Shown here: piece after piece, positions 6,704-13,562 of the stretch
How positions within the stretch are numbered: the stretch's first letter is position 1
Layout of the letters: every line of letters begins with the position of its first letter
From: Pseudomonadota bacterium
GTDB taxonomy: Bacteria > Bdellovibrionota_G > JALEGL01 > DATDPG01
DNA length: 13,562 nt
Assembly (NCBI GenBank): GCA_043804515.1
Contig: JAZDIZ010000127.1
Span: 1-13,562 of the forward strand
Direction of reading: 5' to 3'
The notes under the pieces: model-generated
What the model saw: the letters and a program-made list of their open reading frames with translations, nothing else
Told to the model about the DNA's origin: nothing
The model's database searches: none
Position numbers and translations under genes: made by a program

Positions 6704-7916
6704 TGATCGTGCCGGCCAGTTTGAAGACCGGAAGGTACATGGCTACGACGAGTCCGCCGATAATTACGCCCAGAAACACCATCATCACCGGCTCCATAAG
6801 TGACGTCATGGCATCCACCGCGGCATCCACCTCGTCATCGTAGAAATCCGCGATCTTGTTGAGCATCGTGTCCATGGCACCGGTGGCTTCGCCCACGCTG
6901 ATCATTTGACACACCATGGGGGGGAATACCCCGCTTTCCTCCAGCGGCTCCGCCATGGTTTTTCCTTCGCTGATGGAGGCCCGCGTTTCCATGATGGCGT
7001 TCTCGATGACTTTATTTCCCGCCGCCTTCGCCACGATATCCAGCGCCTCCAAAATGGGAACGCCGCTCGTGATCATTGTGCCGAGAGTTCGGGAGAAGCG
7101 CGCCACGGCGACCTTGCGAAGCAGGGAGCCGAAGATCGGAAGTTTCAGGAGGAAATGGTCCGTTGCAAGCCGCCCCTTCGGCGTCGCGTAGAAATATTTA
7201 AAGCCGAAAATGCCGGCCACGATCACGCCCACAAGGGGAAGAAAGAAGGCTTTGAAACTGCGGGAGATCTTGATGACGATCAAGGTCGCCGCAGGCAGCT
7301 CCGCATTAGCGAATTCGCGGAACATGTTCTCGAAAACGGGGATCACCCATCCCAGCAGGATGGCGACGACGATTGCGGCCACCACCATGATCGTGATCGG
7401 ATAGATCATGGCGCCCTTCACCTTTTTGCGGAGCTTCATGCTCTTTTCCAGGTAATTCGCCAACCGCAAAAAGATGGTGTCGAGAATACCGCCCACCTCC
7501 CCCGCCGCAACCAGGTTCACGAATAGCTCGTCGAAGGCTTTCGGATGTTTTCGCAGGGCATCGGCGAACGTGGAGCCCGATTCGACATCCACCTTGGTGG
7601 CCAGGAGGATGTCTTTGAACGCCTTTGCTTCCTGTTGGGAACCCAAAATCTCCAGGCACTGGACCAGAGGGAGCCCGGCGTCGATCATGGTGGCGAACTG
7701 ACGGGCAAAGACGACGATGTCCTTCTGGCGCACCCCGCCCCCCAGGAAACCGGGAAAACCGACGTGGGCCTTCTTCCGCCTCTTCTCGGAGATGTTCCTC
7801 GGGCGCACGTGCTGCTGGCGCAGCCACGTAACGACCGCCGCCTGATTCGGGGCTTCCCGTTCCCCTTTCTTGGCTACGCCCTGGGGAGTGATTCCTTCCC
7901 ATCTAAAGACCGGCAT
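6690..7916 (-). CDS. pilC: Type IV pilus inner-membrane platform protein PilC (GspF family)
   Basis: FARQFATMIDAGLPLVQCL, AGEVGGILD, GAMIYP, VGEATGAMD, EPVMMV...AMYLPVF; RBS AAGGAG. Confidence 0.96.
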   Translation of the reverse strand: MPVFRWEGITPQGVAKKGEREAPNQAAVVTWLRQQHVRPRNISEKRRKKAHVGFPGFLGGGVRQKDIVVFARQFATMIDAGLPLVQCLEILGSQQEAKAFKDILLATKVDVESGSTFADALRKHPKAFDELFVNLVAAGEVGGILDTIFLRLANYLEKSMKLRKKVKGAMIYPITIMVVAAIVVAILLGWVIPVFENMFREFANAELPAATLIVIKISRSFKAFFLPLVGVIVAGIFGFKYFYATPKGRLATDHFLLKLPIFGSLLRKVAVARFSRTLGTMITSGVPILEALDIVAKAAGNKVIENAIMETRASISEGKTMAEPLEESGVFPPMVCQMISVGEATGAMDTMLNKIADFYDDEVDAAVDAMTSLMEPVMMVFLGVIIGGLVVAMYLPVFKLAGTISGAG

Positions 7917-7977
7917 AATCTCTCCTTAACGCGAATTGCCCCCGATGGAAACGCCGCGCCCTCATGTTCGCGCCGGA

Positions 7978-9087
7978 CTAGGCCCTCCTCTGTTGTTGAG
8001 CCTGAGCCGACGGCACCACGGCACCGCCGCTGGCGATCATCTGCCTCAGTTCGTCGGGATCCGAGCAGCGCGACAGAGCCATTTCCATCGTAATGATGCG
8101 CTTTGAGAAGAGATTGAAGAGGGACTGATTAAGCGTCGTCATACCGTATTTGCTCTGTCCCACCTGCATCTGAGAGTAGATCTGATGGATTTTGTCCTCC
8201 CGGATCAGGTTCCGGATGGCCGCGTTCGGAATCATGACCTCCACGGCCAACACCCGCCCCTTTCCACTCGCCTTGGGAAGGAGAGTCTGCGAAAGCACAC
8301 CCTCCAGAACGAAGGAGAGCTGGGCCCGGATTTGCGGCTGCTGGTGCGCCGGGAAGACGTCCACAATTCGGTTGATCGTCTGAACGCAGGAGTTGGTGTG
8401 AAGCGTGGCGAACGCGAGGTGCCCCGTTTCGGCGATGATCAGAGCCGCCTCGATGGTCTCCCGGTCCCGCATCTCTCCGATCAGCACGACGTCCGGGTCC
8501 TGGCGAAGGATGAACTTGAGCGCCACGGCGAACGATTCCGTGTCCGTATGCACTTCCCGCTGGTTCACGACACAGCCCTTGTGCGGATGGAGAAACTCGA
8601 TCGGGTCTTCGATGGTGATGATGTGCTCGTTCCGTTCCGTATTGATCGTATCGATGATCGAGGCCAGCGTCGTGGACTTCCCCGACCCGGTGGGCCCGGT
8701 GATCAAAACCAGTCCTCTCGGCTTCCGGGCCAGTTCCGCGAGAACGGGCGGGACGCCGAGTTCCTGAAAAGTCATGATCTTGTGGGGGATCACGCGAAAC
8801 GCTCCCGCCACGGCTCCGCGCTGCATGTACACGTTCGCCCGGAAACGCGACAGGCCCTTGACCCCGAAAGAGAGGTCCAACTCGCTCTGTTCCTCGAATT
8901 TGTGCTTCTGGGCGTCCGTCAGCACCGAATAGCAGAGCTGTTTCGTCTCGGGTGGGGTGAGCGGCGGAAGCTTCAGGGGGGTGAGCTTTCCGTCTATCCT
9001 CAGCTGGGGAGCCGTACCGGTCGTGATGTGAAGGTCGGAGGCTCCTTTCTCGACCATGGTTTTTAAAAGTTGGTGAAGGTTCGCCAT
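7978..9087 (-). CDS. pilT: Type IV pilus retraction ATPase PilT
   Basis: ASDLHIT, Walker A GPTGSGKST, TIEDPIE, LRQDPDVVLIGEMRD, His box TGH...TLHTN and the PilT-specific AIRNLIRE motif. Confidence 0.97.
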   Translation of the reverse strand: MANLHQLLKTMVEKGASDLHITTGTAPQLRIDGKLTPLKLPPLTPPETKQLCYSVLTDAQKHKFEEQSELDLSFGVKGLSRFRANVYMQRGAVAGAFRVIPHKIMTFQELGVPPVLAELARKPRGLVLITGPTGSGKSTTLASIIDTINTERNEHIITIEDPIEFLHPHKGCVVNQREVHTDTESFAVALKFILRQDPDVVLIGEMRDRETIEAALIIAETGHLAFATLHTNSCVQTINRIVDVFPAHQQPQIRAQLSFVLEGVLSQTLLPKASGKGRVLAVEVMIPNAAIRNLIREDKIHQIYSQMQVGQSKYGMTTLNQSLFNLFSKRIITMEMALSRCSDPDELRQMIASGGAVVPSAQAQQQRRA

Positions 9088-9095
9088 GTCCGCTC

Positions 9096-10793
9096 CTAAT
9101 TGTCTCCCATTGAAACGCGAAGGACCTCTTCCAGAGTTGTAATCCCCTCCTCGAGTTTTGTCAGCGCCGACCCGCGCATCGATTTCATGCCGAGGCGCAT
9201 GCCCTCACGCTTGATTTCCGCCGTGGAGGCCCCATTGAGGATGAACTCCCGGACCTCCTCGTTCACGGGCATCATTTCGTAGATCGCTATCCGTCCCTTG
9301 AAACCGGTGTCACTGCAGTTCGGGCAGCCCTTCCCTTGGAAAAGGGCGACCTTGTGGGCCGCGTCCGGGGCCATGCCCGCGTCGATCAAGGTCTGCGGAG
9401 GCACCTTCACCTCCTCGCGGCACTCGCCGCAAATCTTGCGGCACAGGCGCTGGGCGACGATCGCGTTGACCGAGGAAGCCACCAGGAACGGCTCGATGCC
9501 CATGTTGAGGAGGCGGTTGATGGTGGACGGCGCGTCGTTGGTATGGAGAGTGGAAAGCACCAAGTGGCCTGTGAGCGCGGCTTTCACGGCGATTTCCGCC
9601 GTTTCGAAATCGCGGATCTCACCAACCATGATGATGTCCGGGTCCTGCCGGAGAAATGAGCGGAGAGCCGAGGCGAAATTGAGGCCGATGTCCTCGTGCA
9701 TCTGCACTTGGTTGATTCCGGGCAGGTTGAACTCGACGGGATCCTCCGCCGTGGAGATATTGTCCGCGATCTTATTGAGCTCCGCCAGGGCCGAATAGAG
9801 CGTCGTGGTTTTCCCGGACCCGGTGGGCCCGGTAACGAGCACCATGCCGAACGGTTTGTCGATGGCGTCTTTGAAATCCTTCAGCGCGCGTTCCTCGAAC
9901 CCGAGTTTGGTCATGTCCAGCTGCAGATTGGATTTATCCAAAAGGCGCAGCACGACCTTCTCGCCGAACAGGGTGGGGAGAACGGAAACGCGGAAATCCA
10001 TCTCTTTCCCTTTACCGAGTTTCAGCTTGATGCGTCCGTCCTGGGGAAGACGCCGTTCGGCAATGTCCAGCTTGCTCATGATCTTCAGGCGGGAAGTGAT
10101 GGCGTTTTTGAGCTTCAACGGCGGCTTCATCACCTCGTAAAGCACCCCGTCGATCCGGAAGCGCACGCGGAACGTTTTCTCGTACGGCTCCACGTGGATG
10201 TCGGACGCTCCCTTCTTGATGGCGTCCGTCAGAATGAGGTTGCACAATTTCACGACGGGCGCCTCTTCGGCGCTCTTGGAAAGATCGCTGACGTCGATGT
10301 TTTCCTCGGACTCGACGAATTCGATCCCCTGATCATCGAACCCGGAAAGAACGTCTTCGAACTTCTCCCCCTGGTCGTAATATCGCTCGATCGCTTCCTT
10401 GATCGCGGCTTCCGAAGCCACGACCACTTCGATGTTGTAACCCGTGAGGAATTTCAGGTCGTCTATGGCGTAGATGTTGGACGGGTCGGACATGGCCACG
10501 ATCAGGCTCGCGCCCGACCGGTTCACGGGGATGATTTGGTGTTTCTCGGCCACCTCTTTGGGCACGAGATTGATGACGTCCTGCTCGATTTCAAAGTCCT
10601 GAAGGTTGATGGACGGAACGCCGTATTGCTTGGAAAGGAAGGAAGTGAGATCGCTTTCCTTCATGTAGCCGAGCTTCGTCAGGTTGTACCCGAGGCGTCC
10701 TCCACCCTTCCGTTGCTCCTCTTGGGCCTTTTGCAGTTGCTGGCTCGAGATGAGGTTTTCACGGACAAGAAGTTCACCGAGGCGAGTGTTCAT
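9096..10793 (-). CDS. pilB: Type IV pilus extension ATPase PilB with N-terminal MshEN-like domain
   Basis: RLGELLV...RLGYNL N-terminus, ASDIHVEP, AERRLPQDGR, GPTGSGKTT, LRQDPDIIMVGEIRD and a tetracysteine Zn site (CGEC...CPNC); RBS GGAGGA. Confidence 0.97.
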   Translation of the reverse strand: MNTRLGELLVRENLISSQQLQKAQEEQRKGGGRLGYNLTKLGYMKESDLTSFLSKQYGVPSINLQDFEIEQDVINLVPKEVAEKHQIIPVNRSGASLIVAMSDPSNIYAIDDLKFLTGYNIEVVVASEAAIKEAIERYYDQGEKFEDVLSGFDDQGIEFVESEENIDVSDLSKSAEEAPVVKLCNLILTDAIKKGASDIHVEPYEKTFRVRFRIDGVLYEVMKPPLKLKNAITSRLKIMSKLDIAERRLPQDGRIKLKLGKGKEMDFRVSVLPTLFGEKVVLRLLDKSNLQLDMTKLGFEERALKDFKDAIDKPFGMVLVTGPTGSGKTTTLYSALAELNKIADNISTAEDPVEFNLPGINQVQMHEDIGLNFASALRSFLRQDPDIIMVGEIRDFETAEIAVKAALTGHLVLSTLHTNDAPSTINRLLNMGIEPFLVASSVNAIVAQRLCRKICGECREEVKVPPQTLIDAGMAPDAAHKVALFQGKGCPNCSDTGFKGRIAIYEMMPVNEEVREFILNGASTAEIKREGMRLGMKSMRGSALTKLEEGITTLEEVLRVSMGDN

Positions 10794-10906
10794 GAGTCCT
10801 CCGCGTGGGCTCCGTTCCTAAAGACGCATCAATCGGCTTTTTCGTACAGAGGGTTGACCGGTTGATCCTGCCAGGTTTTGGTTCAAAATCCAAGCCTTAA
10901 GGATGA

Positions 10907-10935
10907 AAAGTACCAGCGATGACAATTTCTGTCAA
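10907..10935 (-). promoter_or_regulatory. sigma70-type promoter for pilBTCSR
   Basis: Minus strand: TTGACA (10935-10930), a 17-bp spacer ending in TGG, then TACTTT (10912-10907). This is a perfect -35, an extended -10 TGn, and A-rich sequence upstream. Confidence 0.75.
10920..10934. promoter_or_regulatory. TGACA-N5-TGTCA palindrome overlapping the -35 element (same motif as the pilA enhancer)
   Basis: TGACAATTTCTGTCA versus TGACAAATTTTGTCA at 3598-3612: identical half-sites and spacing, 13 of 15 positions identical. Confidence 0.6.
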
Positions 10936-10988
10936 TCCTTTTTACATCTTAAAGAATACATACTTGCGCATTACGGCAATGGTTTCGT

Positions 10989-11942
10989 TTACTTTAGTTC
11001 CAGTATGCCACGGGCCGGTTCGGGGATCCGTTTCCGGACCTCCCCGCCATCCCTTTGGATCTGCCGGTTTAGCTCCGATGCGTCCGGGAACCGAACCTCG
11101 TCGCGCAGACGCTTAACCCAGAAAATCTCCACCTCCCTTCCCAGCAGGCTTCCCTGGAAATCCAAAGCGTGCGTTTCGACCGTCAGTCGCTCTCCGTTGC
11201 CGAACGTGGGCCGGAGCCCCACATTGGTCGCGCCCCGATACGGCTTTCCTTCCGCACGCAGAACCGTCGCATAAACGCCTCGTTTGGGGAGAAGCGTCGA
11301 AACGTTCTCCAGGTTTGCCGTGGGAACGCCGATCTTGCTTCCCCTCCCGCTCCCGCTCACAATCTTTCCTCTCGTCACATACGTCCAGCCCAAGAGCTTC
11401 GTTGTCTCCTCCACGTCCCCTTCGGCGAGAAGCTTGCGAATCACGGAACTGCTCACGAGTTGTCCGTCCACCACCACCGCAGAAACCAGAGCGAATTCAA
11501 ACCCGAGTTCCCCGGCCAGAGAAGCCAGGCGCGCCGGATTTCCCTCCCGGGCACGGCCCACGTGCGTAGTCGGCCCCACGCAGAACGTCTTCATATGGAG
11601 TTTCGAGATCAAGAGGTCTTCCACAAACTTGCGCGCGCTCAGACGCGCCAAAGCCGCGGAGAACGGCTGAATGAGGCAGTATTCGACATCGAGTGCGTAA
11701 AGCATCCGCGCCCGGTCCATCGGCCGCGTCAGCAGTGGTGGCCCCGGCAGGCCCAGGATCACGGAAGGGTGCGGATCGAACATCATGGCCACTGAGGGTA
11801 CTCCCAGTTTGCGCGAGCGGAGAACCAGCTCGCGGATCAGGTCCTGGTGACCTCGATGAACGCCGTCGAAATTCCCCACCGTCACGGCGCAGGCCGCCAG
11901 CTTACCCCCTAGAGCGTTAGCGTCCGTCCAGACTTTCTTCAT
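10989..11942 (-). CDS. ribF: Bifunctional riboflavin kinase / FAD synthetase
   Basis: GNFDGVHRGH, FDPHP, VSSSVIR, GRGSKIGVPTANL, NVGLRPTF, VETHALDF, RLRDEVRF. The start overlaps the upstream stop as ATGA (11939-11942). Confidence 0.95.
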   Translation of the reverse strand: MKKVWTDANALGGKLAACAVTVGNFDGVHRGHQDLIRELVLRSRKLGVPSVAMMFDPHPSVILGLPGPPLLTRPMDRARMLYALDVEYCLIQPFSAALARLSARKFVEDLLISKLHMKTFCVGPTTHVGRAREGNPARLASLAGELGFEFALVSAVVVDGQLVSSSVIRKLLAEGDVEETTKLLGWTYVTRGKIVSGSGRGSKIGVPTANLENVSTLLPKRGVYATVLRAEGKPYRGATNVGLRPTFGNGERLTVETHALDFQGSLLGREVEIFWVKRLRDEVRFPDASELNRQIQRDGGEVRKRIPEPARGILELK

Positions 11943-13562
11943 CGCGCCGATCCCTTCCCCCGCTTCAGCCTTTCCTCGACAATCCGGAGGTTTTCCGCCG
12001 CCTGGCGGTGCCGGGGATCCCTCCGAAGGATTTCCCGATAGACTCCCGCAGCTTTCCGAAGGGCTCCCGCCGCATAGTACGCCGCGCCCAGGTTCAGGAG
12101 TAGTCCGGGCCTGTACGAAGCCCTCTTCGCCGCGCTCTCCAGCGCCCGAACCGCCTCCTCAACCCGATTCGTCTTGAGGCAGATCGTCCCCAGATTGTAC
12201 TGGTATTTCCATTCCCCCGGCGCCAGTGACGCGGCCCGCTCGGCGAACGCACGCGAGGACTCGAGATCCCCTTCGCGCTCGGCCAAAGCCGAGCGCAGAT
12301 CCCATGCCTCGGGATCCCCCGGCGACCGGGCCAGGAACTCCTCCAAAAGCATTCTTGCTTCCGGGAGATCTCCGGAATCGAGGTCCGACACCACGACATT
12401 CAGCGTCGCCTCGCGGTATCCGGGGCGAAGGGAGAGCGCTCTTTCGAAGTCGTCCCGAGCCGCCTTCCACTCCCCGGCCCCCAGGAACATTTTGCCGCGT
12501 TCATTCCATGCCAGGGGCGATGTCGGGGAAACCCGAGTCGCGTGATCCCAAAGACTGAGTTCGGATCTCCAGGGGAGTGCAGCGCGGAAGGCCCACGCCC
12601 CCCACAGCAAGAAGACCAGGGTGATCGCTCCCGATGAAACCCGACGCGTCCGAATCCGTGCCGCCAGAGCCGCAATCAACCCACCCCAGAGGATCGACGT
12701 ACCGGCCGCCGCGAGGTACAGGTAGCGGTCCGCGATCAACCCCTCCGCCGGGACCAGGTTCGAAACCGGAAGCCAGAACAGGAAAAAGAGCGGGAACCCG
12801 ACCTGAATCTTGGATTCCCTGCGTTTGAGAAACCGCCACAACAGCGTCAGCACCGCGACGGTCAGAAGTGACAGCCACACCTGGGGATCCCCCACCCCCC
12901 GGGCCAGATCAAACGTGCGGGTCGGCGTCGTACTCCAAGGAAAAATGCAGAGAGCAAAGCTGAATGGAAGAAGCTTTACGACCGTGCCGAGATGGGCATC
13001 CCATGTCCCACCCCACGCCGACCGGCTTTCGATCCCTCCCGTGACCAATCCGTGCGCGATGACGTAGGCGCAAATCAACACAACCCCACAGGAGACGCGC
13101 GAAACGAGGCCCGTTAGCCGATTCGGTCCCGTGGCCCCTGAAACGGCCAGGACGAACCACACGACCGGGAATATGACCGATGACTCCTTGGTCAAGAGCG
13201 CCAAGGAGAGACAGACCCCGCCCCATATCGCGGATGTTCGCGTCCCCACAAGCCAGAGCCGGACCATCTGAAGACCGAAAAACGCGGCCGCCAGATCCGG
13301 GAGGGCCGAGACAAACGACACCGATTCGGCGTGAAGGGGGTTCAAAACGAAGAACAGGGACGCGAACAGCGTCGGAAGAGGCTCGAACCCGAGGAGCAAA
13401 AGAAGCCGCGCCAGGCTCACTCCCACTGCGACGTGGAATCCCAGGTTCAACGCGTGAAAAGCCCACGCGCTCTTGCCGAAGATCTGCCCGGTCAGGAGGT
13501 ACAAAAGCGTCGGTACGGGCCTCCAATAGCCGCTCACGGCCGGTTGCTCATGAAGCCCCCAA
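11939..13562 (-). CDS. TMTC-like multi-pass GT-C membrane protein with C-terminal TPRs (putative protein O-mannosyltransferase family); partial, start lies outside the window
   Basis: The frame stays open past the track's GTG 13537 to the window edge (WGLHEQPAVSGYWRP). Motifs YWRP, FHALNLGFH, LFFVLNPLHAESV, LALLTKES, LPVSNL..IADRYLYL and W.SE..LW are followed by several TPR-like repeats (AWNERG..., YQYNLG..., LLNLGAAY). Confidence 0.8.
   Translation of the reverse strand, partial: WGLHEQPAVSGYWRPVPTLLYLLTGQIFGKSAWAFHALNLGFHVAVGVSLARLLLLLGFEPLPTLFASLFFVLNPLHAESVSFVSALPDLAAAFFGLQMVRLWLVGTRTSAIWGGVCLSLALLTKESSVIFPVVWFVLAVSGATGPNRLTGLVSRVSCGVVLICAYVIAHGLVTGGIESRSAWGGTWDAHLGTVVKLLPFSFALCIFPWSTTPTRTFDLARGVGDPQVWLSLLTVAVLTLLWRFLKRRESKIQVGFPLFFLFWLPVSNLVPAEGLIADRYLYLAAAGTSILWGGLIAALAARIRTRRVSSGAITLVFLLWGAWAFRAALPWRSELSLWDHATRVSPTSPLAWNERGKMFLGAGEWKAARDDFERALSLRPGYREATLNVVVSDLDSGDLPEARMLLEEFLARSPGDPEAWDLRSALAEREGDLESSRAFAERAASLAPGEWKYQYNLGTICLKTNRVEEAVRALESAAKRASYRPGLLLNLGAAYYAAGALRKAAGVYREILRRDPRHRQAAENLRIVEERLKRGKGSAR

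Noticed and set aside
3836..10865. Long plus-strand ORFs (3836-4792, 5777-6706, 8185-9066, 9696-10865) and other overlapping small ORFs
   Set aside because: They are antisense or alternate-frame shadows of well-conserved GC-rich genes and have no recognisable motifs.
10794..10900. Riboswitch (c-di-GMP or FMN) or sigma54 promoter in the ~107-nt pilB leader
   Set aside because: No recognisable GEMM or RFN consensus, only weak hairpins, and TGGCAG at about 10868-10873 lacks a correctly spaced GC.
10903..11274. Plus-strand 123-aa ORF spanning the ribF end and the intergenic region
   Set aside because: It is mostly antisense to ribF, has no motif, and overlaps the better-supported pilB promoter.

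Overview
GC-rich bacterial window; every credible gene is on the minus strand. It holds a deltaproteobacterial-type (Myxococcota/Bdellovibrionota/Desulfobacterota-like) type IVa pilus locus. In transcription order: a 5'-truncated TMTC-like GT-C/TPR membrane protein, ribF, pilB, pilT, pilC, pilS, pilR, three tandem 528-bp pilA paralogs, a PilG/XapA-like membrane protein, and a 3'-truncated DUF2723/TMEM260-like GT-C protein that the ORF track missed. Four things stand out. (1) The three pilins are about 86-87% identical as mature proteins but are mosaics at the DNA level: near-identical cores, heavily diverged C-termini, and pairwise identity tracts that swap partners along the gene, as expected from intergenic gene conversion. 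(2) Only the first pilin has a recognisable promoter (sigma54 with two upstream TGACA-N5-TG(T/G)CA palindromes), and a hairpin and a terminator tier expression of the downstream genes. (3) A third TGACA-N5-TGTCA palindrome overlaps the -35 of a near-consensus sigma70 promoter in front of pilBTCSR, suggesting PilR feedback. (4) The locus is bracketed by two GT-C-type putative protein glycosyltransferases. All alignments and counts were done by hand, and family calls come from motif recognition, not database searches.
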